64,000 nt of DNA, taken from contig CALLMJ010000091.1 of NCBI GenBank assembly GCA_938006875.1, forward strand, positions 13,177 through 77,176. The letters are read 5' to 3'. Of this stretch, positions 47,186-55,858 are shown piece by piece. Source of the DNA: an uncultured Bacteroidia bacterium (GTDB lineage: Bacteria; Bacteroidota; Bacteroidia; J057; CALLMJ01). A model generated the notes under the pieces. It saw only the letters and a list, made by a program, of their open reading frames with translations. It did no database searches and had not been told where the DNA came from. Position numbers and translations under genes: made by a program. Each line of letters begins with the position of its first letter. Within the stretch, counting starts at the first letter, position 1.

Positions 47186-48664
47186 ATGAACTTAAAAAAT
47201 CTGTTTTTTTCTTCTGAAATTCACAAACTTATTTCATTTTCAGCTAATTTTCCAAATTGGAATAAAATTATAGAGAACCGTAATCGTTTTGGTTGTAATC
47301 GAGAGTTATTAGTAAAAAAACTAGTTGAACAAAATCAATTGAATTTCAGTAAAAAAACTGAAAAAAATATTGAGTCTTTAAAAAGTTCTAAAACCTTTAC
47401 TGTTACCACGGGTCATCAAATTTGTTATGGAAGTGGACCTTTATACGTAATTTACAAAACATTATCTATCATTGAATTATGTAAAAAACTCAACCAAAAA
47501 TTCTCGGATTATCATTTTATTCCTGTTTTTTGGTTAGCTTCAGAAGATCATGATTATTTAGAAGTAAATCATTTTTATCAAGGCTATCAAAACAAAGTTG
47601 AATATCATGGGAAATTTCAGGGTGCAGTGGGCAGGCATAAAATAGACCAATCTTTAATTTATAAAGGTTCTTGGGTAACAGAGCCCTATTTGGAACAAGA
47701 GAATTGGAAAAATTCTTTCCAAGTTTTGTTAAGTTCTATATTCAAAGATGAGGGATTGGTTTTTATTGATGGTGATGATTACGAATGGAAAAAAAGTTTT
47801 TCTTCTTTTTTTTTGAAAGAAATTTTGGAAAAACCCACTTTTAAAAATGTTAGCCAAACCAATATTCAATTAAGAAATTTAGGAATTAAAGTCCAATGGA
47901 ACGTATCGGAAATTAATTTGTTTTACCTAACGGATACTCAAAGAGAAAAAATCCATTTTAAAAATAGTGAATATTTTATTGGAAATGAAGTAGTAAAATT
48001 GGATTGGCTCATGAAAGAAGTTCAGGAACATCCCGATAGAATCAGCCCGAGTGCTGGTTTTAGACCGCTATACCAAGAATTTTTGCTGCCTAATTTGGCT
48101 TACGTGGGTGGTTGGAGTGAAATTCATTATTGGCTTCAATTAAAATCTAATTTTCATGAGTTTAATACATTTTACCCATTATTAATTCCTAGATTTTCTT
48201 ATACTCATATCCCACAAGACATTCAATTGAAATTAATAAATATGGGCTATGAACCTTCTTTTCTTTTAAAAAACTTAAAAGAAATTCAAAGAAGAATTGC
48301 TCAAAAATATTATGATTTTGAAGATTTTAAGAATCATTTTTTTTTCATTCATCAAAAAATTTCTGATTTACAAAATGAAGTAAAAGAAATTTCAGAAAGT
48401 TTAGTTTATTCATTAGAAACTCAGAAGTTTTATTGGAATAAAATTTATCATCAATTAGAAAATAAGCTCATTAAGATGATACAAAACCAAAACCCAAAAG
48501 AATTTTATGAGATTTATAGATTAAAAGATGTGGTTCAGCCTAATGGTTTTATTCAAGAAAGAACGCTGAATATTAGTGCATTGGTTAAAGAAAAAAGCCA
48601 GTTAAAATTTTTTATCGATGAGTTAAAACTTTATTTAGAGGACTATATAAAAGATTTTGTTTAA
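47186..48664 (+). CDS. bshC: Bacillithiol biosynthesis cysteine-adding enzyme BshC (putative)
   Basis: TVTTGHQICYGSGPLYVIYKTLSIIELCKKL and IPVFWLASEDHDYLEVNH match the conserved BshC N-terminal motifs (VVTGQQ..GPLY..K and VFW.A.EDHD..E.N). Confidence 0.8.
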   Translation: MNLKNLFFSSEIHKLISFSANFPNWNKIIENRNRFGCNRELLVKKLVEQNQLNFSKKTEKNIESLKSSKTFTVTTGHQICYGSGPLYVIYKTLSIIELCKKLNQKFSDYHFIPVFWLASEDHDYLEVNHFYQGYQNKVEYHGKFQGAVGRHKIDQSLIYKGSWVTEPYLEQENWKNSFQVLLSSIFKDEGLVFIDGDDYEWKKSFSSFFLKEILEKPTFKNVSQTNIQLRNLGIKVQWNVSEINLFYLTDTQREKIHFKNSEYFIGNEVVKLDWLMKEVQEHPDRISPSAGFRPLYQEFLLPNLAYVGGWSEIHYWLQLKSNFHEFNTFYPLLIPRFSYTHIPQDIQLKLINMGYEPSFLLKNLKEIQRRIAQKYYDFEDFKNHFFFIHQKISDLQNEVKEISESLVYSLETQKFYWNKIYHQLENKLIKMIQNQNPKEFYEIYRLKDVVQPNGFIQERTLNISALVKEKSQLKFFIDELKLYLEDYIKDFV

Positions 48665-48703
48665 ATCAAGTTTGAGTATTTTTAATAATAACACACAGTT
48701 TTC

Positions 48704-50146
48704 TTAGTTTTTTTGGTTTTCTAAAATTTGTTTACCTATTTTTTTCATGTATTCAAAAGCAGGTTCATATTCATTAGGGATTTCGCCATCTAAAATAGCA
48801 TTCCTGATTGCATTTTTGATTTCACCAATTAATGGAGATGGTTTAATTTGGAAATATTCCATAATGATTTCTCCTGTTATAGGCGGTTGCCAATTTCTTA
48901 AATTATCTAATTCAATTACCTCATGGACTCTTTTTTCTACATAATCATAGTTTTTTAAGTATTTTTCTAACTTGTTGTTATCACGAGTAGTAATATCAGC
49001 ACGGCATAATTTTAATAGTTCATCTAAATCTTCACCTGCATCTACAATCAATCTACGAATAGCAGAATCCGTAACTTCTTCATCTACTAAGGCAATAGGT
49101 CTCAAATGCAGTTTTACCATTTTTTGAACAAATTTCATTTTTTCATTTAAGGGTAAACGCAATTTTTTAAAGATTTGTGGAACCATTTGAGCGCCCTTGT
49201 CTTCATGACCATGGAAAGTCCAACCATGTTGAGGGTAGAATTTTTTAGTTGCGGGTTTTGCAATATCATGTAAAATAGCTGACCATCTTAACCAAAGATT
49301 ATCGGAATAAGGGCATAAATTATCTAAAACTTGGAGGGTATGAAAAAAATTATCTTTATGAGCCTTTCCATTAATGACTTCAACGCCATGCATTTTATAC
49401 AATTCAGGAAAGATAATTTCTAATAACCCTGTGTAAAACAGCATTTTAAACCCAGAAGAGGGTTTATTAGCCATTATAATTTTATTGAGTTCTTCGATGA
49501 TTCTTTCTTTTGAAATAATTTTGATACGACTAGCATTAGTACGAATGGCTTCATAGGTTTTTTTTTCCATAGTAAATTCCAGAGTAGTAGCAAAACGAAT
49601 AGCTCGCATCATTCTTAGTGGGTCGTCACAAAAAGTAACATTTGCATCAGTAGGAGTTTTTATGATTTTATTTTTTAAGTCTTCAAGACCATTAAATGGA
49701 TCTATTAATAAGCCATAATTATCAGGATTTAAAGAAATAGACATTGCATTAATAGTCAAATCTCTACGAAGTTGGTCATCGTATAAACTTCCATTTTCTA
49801 CAATAGGTTTTCGGGAATCTCTTCTATAAGATTCTTTTCTTGTACCCACAAACTCAATTTCCAAATCATCTTTTTTTACTAATGCTGTACCAAAATTTTC
49901 AAATACATTAACTTCAGCACCAATAATTTTAGCAAAAATATTAGCAAATTCAATTCCATAAAGAGGTTTTTCTTCAGGTTGATAATTTTCAGGTGGTTCC
50001 ACAACAATATCAATATCTTTGGATATTTTATCTAAAAAATAGTCTCTAACGAAACCGCCTACCACATAAGCCTTAAATTGGGATTTTTCAATAGCAGTTT
50101 TTATATGCTGAAATATAGGCGCTTGTACAGCTTCTTCAACCGTCAT
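48704..50146 (-). CDS. CCA-adding tRNA nucleotidyltransferase / poly(A) polymerase family protein with an HD domain
   Basis: GGFVRDYFL...DIDIVV nucleotidyltransferase head, RRDLTINAM, and HD-domain residues HDIAKP...HGHEDKG. Confidence 0.8.
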   Translation of the reverse strand: MTVEEAVQAPIFQHIKTAIEKSQFKAYVVGGFVRDYFLDKISKDIDIVVEPPENYQPEEKPLYGIEFANIFAKIIGAEVNVFENFGTALVKKDDLEIEFVGTRKESYRRDSRKPIVENGSLYDDQLRRDLTINAMSISLNPDNYGLLIDPFNGLEDLKNKIIKTPTDANVTFCDDPLRMMRAIRFATTLEFTMEKKTYEAIRTNASRIKIISKERIIEELNKIIMANKPSSGFKMLFYTGLLEIIFPELYKMHGVEVINGKAHKDNFFHTLQVLDNLCPYSDNLWLRWSAILHDIAKPATKKFYPQHGWTFHGHEDKGAQMVPQIFKKLRLPLNEKMKFVQKMVKLHLRPIALVDEEVTDSAIRRLIVDAGEDLDELLKLCRADITTRDNNKLEKYLKNYDYVEKRVHEVIELDNLRNWQPPITGEIIMEYFQIKPSPLIGEIKNAIRNAILDGEIPNEYEPAFEYMKKIGKQILENQKN

Positions 50147-50151
50147 AAGAA

Positions 50152-51042
50152 TTAACCCATCAATAGTTCTAATAGTCTATCTAAATCTTCTTGCGAATAA
50201 TAGGGAATTCTTATTTCTCCTTTGCCGTCTTCTTTATGCTGAATATTCACTTTATTACTAAACTTTTTAGAAAGTTTGATTTCTAAATCTTTGAGATGTA
50301 ATTCTAATGGAGAAGTGCTAGAGGGATTTTTTTTCTGTTGAACTTTGGATTGGGAAAGTTCTTGTACCAATTTTTCAACTTGCCTTACAGATAAGTCTTT
50401 ATCAATAATTTGCTTAAAAACTGAAAGTTGAACAATAGGATTATCTATGGTAATAATAGTTCTAGCGTGTCCCATAGAAATTTTGTTCTCACGAATTGCA
50501 ACTTGAATCTCAGGGGGTAATTTTAAAAGCCTTACATAATTATTAATGGTAGCTCTTTTTTTTCCAATTTTTTCACCAACTTGTTCAAGAGTAAGCCGGC
50601 ATTCCTCCATTAATCTTTTATAACCTAAAGCAATTTCAATGGCATTTAAATCTTCACGCTGTACATTTTCAATGATTGCCATTTCAATCATTTGTTCATC
50701 GTTAGCAGAGCGAATATAAGCAGGAATAGAAGTTAATCCAGCAATTTTAGAAGCTCTGAATCTCCTTTCGCCAGAAATAATTTGGTATTCTTTGTCAGAT
50801 AATTTACGTAAAGTAATAGGCTGTATAATTCCTTGAATTTTAATAGATTCTGCTAATTCTTGTAAAGCATCTTGGTCAAAATCAACACGTGGCTGATAAG
50901 GATTAGGTTCAATCCATTCCAAAGGTATTTCATGAATGGCATTTACAGTTTCAATAGCATTTTCAGTAACTTCATTATTTACAGGAGAAATTAAGGCTCC
51001 AAGACCTTTCCCTAGTACACTTTTTTTCTTTTTTTCTTCCAT
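50152..51042 (-). CDS. parB: Chromosome partitioning protein ParB/Spo0J
   Basis: ParB box PNPYQPR...GIIQPITLR...ISGERRFRA and an HTH region. Confidence 0.92.
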   Translation of the reverse strand: MEEKKKKSVLGKGLGALISPVNNEVTENAIETVNAIHEIPLEWIEPNPYQPRVDFDQDALQELAESIKIQGIIQPITLRKLSDKEYQIISGERRFRASKIAGLTSIPAYIRSANDEQMIEMAIIENVQREDLNAIEIALGYKRLMEECRLTLEQVGEKIGKKRATINNYVRLLKLPPEIQVAIRENKISMGHARTIITIDNPIVQLSVFKQIIDKDLSVRQVEKLVQELSQSKVQQKKNPSSTSPLELHLKDLEIKLSKKFSNKVNIQHKEDGKGEIRIPYYSQEDLDRLLELLMG

Positions 51043-51055
51043 GCTTTAATAAATC

Positions 51056-51853
51056 TTACTCTGCATTTGCAACGCTTGTATCTGGAATATTATTTTTTTT
51101 GAGGATTTCACTGGCTAATTCTGTATATGAAATAGAACCTTTTGAATTAGCATCATATAAAATTACAGGTAAACCAAAAGATGGTGCTTCACTAAGTTTT
51201 GCATTTCTATGAATGATAGTATCGAAAACTATATCTTTAAAATGTAGTTTCACTTCATCTACAACTTGGTTAGCAAGCCTTAATCGTGAATCATACATAG
51301 TAAGTAAAATACCTTCAATTGATAAATTGGGATTTAATTTTTGTTGAACAATTTTTATGGTATTCAAAAGTTTACCAAGACCTTCCAGAGCAAAAAATTC
51401 ACATTGAACAGGGATAATCACGGAATCTGCCGCAGTTAAAGCATTTACAGTAATCAAACCAAGAGAAGGTGAACAATCTATAATAATAAAATCATAATCA
51501 TTTTTGATTTTATCAATTACAGACTTCATTTTTTTTTCTCTATCAGGGAGGTTAATTAATTCAATTTCAGCACCTACTAAATCAATGCTTGAAGGTAACA
51601 AAAATAAATTAGGTACTTTGGTTTGAAGTATAGCTTCATTTGGAGAAAGAACTTCATTAATTATACAATTGTAAATACCCGTTTTTATATTTCTGGGATC
51701 AAAACCTACTCCAGAAGTTGCATTAGCCTGAGGGTCTGTATCTATTAATAAAGTTTTAAAATCTTTCGCTGCTAAACTTGCAGACAAATTGATTGCTGTA
51801 GTAGTTTTTCCAACGCCGCCTTTTTGATTCGCTAAGGTTATGATTTTTCCCAT
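51056..51853 (-). CDS. parA: Chromosome partitioning ATPase ParA/Soj
   Basis: Deviant Walker A NQKGGVGKTTT. Full-length ParA pattern, immediately upstream of parB. Confidence 0.95.
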   Translation of the reverse strand: MGKIITLANQKGGVGKTTTAINLSASLAAKDFKTLLIDTDPQANATSGVGFDPRNIKTGIYNCIINEVLSPNEAILQTKVPNLFLLPSSIDLVGAEIELINLPDREKKMKSVIDKIKNDYDFIIIDCSPSLGLITVNALTAADSVIIPVQCEFFALEGLGKLLNTIKIVQQKLNPNLSIEGILLTMYDSRLRLANQVVDEVKLHFKDIVFDTIIHRNAKLSEAPSFGLPVILYDANSKGSISYTELASEILKKNNIPDTSVANAE

Positions 51854-51934
51854 TGTTTCTATTGGTAATAATTAGAAAAATTTTATCGCAAATTTACTGT
51901 AATTCTTTTTTCTAAAAAAGTTTTTTTAAAAATC

Positions 51935-52006
51935 GTTTCCACAAACTGTGGATATTGTTTTTCTCTAAAATTCTTTTTTTAATCACTTTACTAGGGTTTA
52001 TCCACT
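51935..52006. promoter_or_regulatory. Cluster of three DnaA-box-like 9-mers in the parA / NlpC-P60 divergent intergenic region
   Basis: GTTTCCACA (51935-51943, 2 mismatches to TTATCCACA). TGTGGATAT, which is ATATCCACA on the other strand (51947-51955, 1 mismatch). TTATCCACT (51998-52006, 1 mismatch). The first two form the inverted repeat TCCACA-AAC-TGTGGA. Confidence 0.3.
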
Positions 52007-52105
52007 TTTAAACAGAAAATTAATTTATACTCATTATTCTTGTTTATTTTTTCTTGTTTCCTTATTGACTTCTCGGTTATATCTTTACAAAATAATGTTC
52101 TAAAT

Positions 52106-52825
52106 ATGCTCAAGTTTGTTTTTTACTTCACTTTTGTTTATATCTTTATTATTTATGGGACGGGTTGTTCTGTCATAAAAAATTCGCAATCGTCTTCACA
52201 TCCTTTGGTGCATGAAGTTGAAAGAAATTCAATAAGTTTTAAATCTTCAAAAAATAAATTTCCCAAAAATTCTAAAAATTTAGTCCAAGATGTTGAGGAA
52301 AAAAAGAATATTGAAAAAGTATCTGAGGTAAAGATAGCTAAAAAGACAGAAGAAATAACAGTTAGACCCAAAGCAGAAATTATTGAAAAAAATCATAACA
52401 AAAATTCTATTGAAGCAAAAGGGCAAGCTAAAAGCTTAGTGGAAGAAGCTCAAAAATATTTAGGAACTCCTTATAAAATTGGTGGAACCAATAAATCGGG
52501 AATGGATTGTTCAGGATTAGTTATGACGGTTTATCAGACCCAAGGTATTCAATTGCCTAGAATTTCTCCTGACCAATATAAATTTGGGAAACCTATTTCT
52601 GTTGATGAAATTCAACCTGGTGATTTGTTGTTTTTTTCTACTCCTTCTAAGCCTCATCAGATTGGGCATAGTGCTATGTGTGTGGCAATTGAAGATGGAA
52701 AAATCAAGTTTATACATGCCGCTTCAACCGGTGTGAGATACGATTATTTAGTTCCTGGTTACTATCTAACTCATTATAAAGGGGCTTGTAGAGTTTTAGA
52801 TAAAAGTTTATCTTTCAGCAAATAA
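52106..52825 (+). CDS. NlpC/P60 (C40) peptidase lipoprotein; start taken at the ATG at 52106
   Basis: MLKFVFYFTFVYIFIIYGTGCSV (lipobox-like). A Lys/Glu-rich linker follows. The catalytic domain is GTPYKIGGTNKSGMDCSGLV...IGHSAMCV. Confidence 0.85.
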   Translation: MLKFVFYFTFVYIFIIYGTGCSVIKNSQSSSHPLVHEVERNSISFKSSKNKFPKNSKNLVQDVEEKKNIEKVSEVKIAKKTEEITVRPKAEIIEKNHNKNSIEAKGQAKSLVEEAQKYLGTPYKIGGTNKSGMDCSGLVMTVYQTQGIQLPRISPDQYKFGKPISVDEIQPGDLLFFSTPSKPHQIGHSAMCVAIEDGKIKFIHAASTGVRYDYLVPGYYLTHYKGACRVLDKSLSFSK

Positions 52826-52834
52826 ATTTAACAA

Positions 52835-52860
52835 TTTACAAAATGACTTTGTAAAATTTT
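52835..52860. terminator. AT-rich hairpin between convergent genes (possible bidirectional terminator)
   Basis: 8-bp stem TTTACAAA (52835-52842) / TTTGTAAA (52848-52855) followed by ATTTT. The stem is weak because it is AT-only. Confidence 0.4.
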
Positions 52861-52889
52861 AACAGTTCAAATAATTTTTGAGTTATTGG

Positions 52890-53462
52890 TTAATTTTTGT
52901 TATAATGTTCTTGATAGTAACTATCTAAAATTTCATAAAATTCATTTCCAAAGCGTCTAATAATAGCTTGTTTAAGGAATTGATATACAGGAGTTTGATT
53001 TTTTATACCTTTTGAACAAGCACATCTACAAATTTCCCATTCTTCATAATTTACACCAATGATTCCATTTTTTTCCCATAAACGAATAGGATATAAATGA
53101 CAGGAAATAGGTTTTTGAAAATCAATTTTTCCATCTTTCCATGCTTTTTCTATTCCGCATAAAGCAATGCCATTTTCAAAAATCACATAAGCACATTCTT
53201 TTCCATTGACTAATGGGGTAGAAAATTCACCTTTTGAATGTTCAACATATTTGCCTTGTTTTTCAATAGATTTTTTGCCTTTTTCGTTAAGATAGGGTTT
53301 AATTTTTTCGTAAAGTTTATCTAAAATCTCTAATTCGTGGAATTCTAATGGAGCACCTAAGTCTCCTTCAACACAACAATTTCCTTTACATTGGTTAATT
53401 TCGCACTCAAATTTTTCTAAAAAAATATCTTCACTGATTAAGTGATTGTCAATTTGTAGCAT
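52890..53462 (-). CDS. DUF3109-family Cys-rich protein
   Basis: 190 aa. The N-terminal FECEINQCKGNCCVEGDLGAPL matches the conserved C-x-x-C-x-G-x-CC-x-x-G-D-x-GAPL opening of DUF3109 as I remember it. Further Cys pairs occur downstream. Confidence 0.75.
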   Translation of the reverse strand: MLQIDNHLISEDIFLEKFECEINQCKGNCCVEGDLGAPLEFHELEILDKLYEKIKPYLNEKGKKSIEKQGKYVEHSKGEFSTPLVNGKECAYVIFENGIALCGIEKAWKDGKIDFQKPISCHLYPIRLWEKNGIIGVNYEEWEICRCACSKGIKNQTPVYQFLKQAIIRRFGNEFYEILDSYYQEHYNKN

Positions 53463-53464
53463 GG

Positions 53465-55480
53465 TTATTTTTTTTGAAACGCTGGATGTTTTATTTCTTT
53501 ATAACCACCATATTTTGCATAAAGTTCAGGTAAATTTTGTTCTTCTTCAGGATACATTCTTATTAACCAAATAAAATTTCTTTTTTCTACCAAATGTTTC
53601 ATCATGATGTCCTTAGTTTCTTTTTGGCTAAGCTTTACTTTTTTTAGGTTAGGTTCACCATTGCGTTTTCTTAAATTCTTTTCATCTTTGGGTACTAAAA
53701 CTACTAAATGTTTAATGCTTGGTGATTTACGATATTTTACTTTGATTTTTGTAGAGTCTCCATCAACATATCTTACGTATTGAATTAAACGATTTTTAAT
53801 GATATAATCCGTAACAACACTTTTCCCAAATTTTTGAGTCTCTATGATTTGACCCGCTGAAACTCCAGAATAAATAGAATTAAGTTTACAAAAACGTCTT
53901 TTGTTTGTGAAAAAATATTTTAAATCGTCACCCACTCTCTCTAAATTGGATTTGGGTTGAACAATATTCGGATCACAAGGTACTTTGTATTTGTCTAAAG
54001 GTCTATGGCAAATTTTTAAACTTTTATAACAAACATTATCCAATTGTTTATGTTTTACACGGAAAGGTTTTTCACCGCAAGCCAAATCTAATTGCTTATG
54101 TTTCACGCGAAAAGGTTTTTCACCGCAAGCCAAATCTAATTGCTTATGTTTCACGCGGAAAGGTTTTTCACCGCAAGCCAAATCTAATTGCTTATGTTTT
54201 ACGCGGAAAGGTTTTTCACCGCAAGCCAAATCTAATTGCTTATGTGGTACTATTAGTTTTGGATAACAAACATTGTCTAATTGACGATGAGGAATTACTA
54301 ATTTCGGGTAACACATTCTGTCCAAACTTCTATGAGGTACCACAACTTTTGGGTAACAGAAATTTTGGGGATTACCTCTTTTCTGTTTGTATTTGGGCAT
54401 ATTAGCAAAATCTAAATTTTTATGCTTAATTCTTAAACTTTTAGGAGAAATTCCATCTAAACCTCTATGAGACATTCTGTACCTTGGCATGGTAACTCCA
54501 TCATACTGCTTATGTTTCATAGAAATAAAATTTTTAGGATTTCTTGATAACATTACATAACTTGCCGTGGGTATAACAATCAATCCTTTTTTTATTTTTT
54601 GAGCATATTGTTTGGCTACTCTGGTAGGTTTATCCACTTTAAATGCGGGCTCTCTATCTCTTTGTTTTTTAGAGTATATTCTTCTGTTGTCTAAATTCTT
54701 ATGTCTTACAGGGTAAGAAGCCATTCTACGTCTATCCAACTGTTTATGATGAACATGGTAAGAACGCATCGTTTTTAAATCCCTTTGATAATGCTTTTGT
54801 TGATAGTTCGCATATTTACGGCTATCTAAATTTCTATGTTTAACTTGATAGTTCGCATATTTACGGCTATCTAAATTTCTATGTTTAACTTTGTAATTTC
54901 CAGAGAACTTTTTGTTATCGAGTGAATTATGTCTTTTTTGATATTGAGAATAACTTTTGTTATCTAAGCGATTATGTTTTTGTTTGTAATTACCCGCAAA
55001 TCTTTTGTTGTCTAAGGAATTATGTTTTACTCGGTATTGAGGGATATTGACGTTATCAAGCCCTTTTCTACGAATTTTATTTTTATTACCATAAGTTACA
55101 TAATCTAAACTTTTAGGTTTATATCGTTTAATACGGTAAGGGTTTTGGGCTTTATCTAAAGTTTTATGGTATTTTTTAGGATTTTTTTCTCTAAAAGCCT
55201 GAAGTTTTTGTTGAAATTTTTGACGTTTTTTTTGTTGAGCTTGGAACTGCTTAGCTTTTGCAATTTGTTGTTTTCTTAAATGTTTTATATTTACTTGTTT
55301 CTTTTTATGAGGCGTAAACTTGGCTTCTTTTCTGTGATTTCTATGACTTGGATTACAAGTTGGACCTGTACAAGGTTTAAACTCTTGTTCATCTTGTGCA
55401 TTGACAATCAACGGATTAGCCAACAACAAGAAGCCCCAAATCAATAAAATTATTTTATATGGACTCAAAAAGTTTCGCAA
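53465..55480 (-). CDS. Exported, extremely basic repeat protein of unknown function (671 aa, about 20 degenerate H-[KRN]-x-L-D repeats)
   Basis: TTG start as listed. Signal-peptide-like MRNFLSPYKIILLIWGFLLLANPLIVNAQ. Lys/Arg/His/Gln-rich body with recurring (V/I/Q)(K/R/P)H(K/R/N)xLD every 14-16 residues. A non-repetitive C-terminal region of about 170 aa. I recognise no family. Confidence 0.8.
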   Translation of the reverse strand: MRNFLSPYKIILLIWGFLLLANPLIVNAQDEQEFKPCTGPTCNPSHRNHRKEAKFTPHKKKQVNIKHLRKQQIAKAKQFQAQQKKRQKFQQKLQAFREKNPKKYHKTLDKAQNPYRIKRYKPKSLDYVTYGNKNKIRRKGLDNVNIPQYRVKHNSLDNKRFAGNYKQKHNRLDNKSYSQYQKRHNSLDNKKFSGNYKVKHRNLDSRKYANYQVKHRNLDSRKYANYQQKHYQRDLKTMRSYHVHHKQLDRRRMASYPVRHKNLDNRRIYSKKQRDREPAFKVDKPTRVAKQYAQKIKKGLIVIPTASYVMLSRNPKNFISMKHKQYDGVTMPRYRMSHRGLDGISPKSLRIKHKNLDFANMPKYKQKRGNPQNFCYPKVVVPHRSLDRMCYPKLVIPHRQLDNVCYPKLIVPHKQLDLACGEKPFRVKHKQLDLACGEKPFRVKHKQLDLACGEKPFRVKHKQLDLACGEKPFRVKHKQLDNVCYKSLKICHRPLDKYKVPCDPNIVQPKSNLERVGDDLKYFFTNKRRFCKLNSIYSGVSAGQIIETQKFGKSVVTDYIIKNRLIQYVRYVDGDSTKIKVKYRKSPSIKHLVVLVPKDEKNLRKRNGEPNLKKVKLSQKETKDIMMKHLVEKRNFIWLIRMYPEEEQNLPELYAKYGGYKEIKHPAFQKK
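54041..54243 (-). repeat. Four near-perfect 48-nt tandem repeats inside the basic repeat-protein gene
   Basis: CACCGCAAGCC recurs at 54073, 54121, 54169 and 54217 (period 48 nt). The repeats encode 4 x HKQLDLACGEKPFRVK. Confidence 0.95.
54801..54890 (-). repeat. Perfect 45-nt tandem duplication inside the basic repeat-protein gene
   Basis: TGATAGTTCGCATATTTACGGCTATCTAAATTTCTATGTTTAACT occurs at 54801-54845 and again at 54846-54890. It encodes 2 x a 15-aa unit containing VKHRNLDSRKYANYQ. Confidence 0.95.
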
Positions 55481-55858
55481 GAGTGAGTTTTAACAATTTG
55501 CAAATATGCTATAATTTTTATTAAAAAACCAAAAAAGTTTTTCCACTTATGAACAAAATAACCCACATCAATCCAAATACAAAGGATTAATCCACGTATC
55601 CATTTTAGGATTCATTTAAATAACCTTTCAGTCCAATGTTTGAATGAAGTAAATGTTTAAATAATCTTTCAATAAAAATTAACTCTAAAACTATTTTTTT
55701 AAAATCTACTTATGTAAAACAAAAAATGAGAATTTTTATTAACTATTTTCTTGATATTAATGTTATTATGTAGGTTTAAGCTAAAAAAATTGTTAAACTT
55801 TAAAAAACTATTTGCTTAAAAAAAGTTTTTTAATTAATATTGCCAAAAATTCCGTTTT

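Noticed and set aside
21472-48944. Further shadow ORFs (21472-21696, 24421-24755, 25080-25265, 29931-30134, 38024-38314, 39127-39354, 40711-40950, 42083-42322, 43196-43471, 45204-45536, 45594-46422, 46877-47113, 48747-48944)
   Set aside because: The reasoning is the same. Each is embedded in a confidently identified gene (tail-fibre-like protein, dnaE, POT, LTD protein, TonB receptor, nuoH, CCA enzyme and others). 45204-45536 merely bridges the nuoH / monooxygenase junction in a third frame.
54099-54114. parS-like 16-mers (TGTTTCACGCGAAAAG, 13/16 to TGTTTCACGTGAAACA) repeated four times 2.5 kb from parAB
   Set aside because: Each has three mismatches and has lost the palindromic right half. 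The similarity follows from the codons for F-R-V-K-H in the 48-nt protein repeat. I found no better parS in the parAB region by eye, but a proper scan is needed.
55539-55596. Three further DnaA-box-like 9-mers (TTTTCCACT, TAACCCACA, TAATCCACG) in the 378-nt AT-rich gap upstream of the esterase gene
   Set aside because: Each has two mismatches to TTATCCACA. At that stringency, matches are expected by chance in AT-rich sequence, and this cluster is weaker than the one at 51.9 kb.
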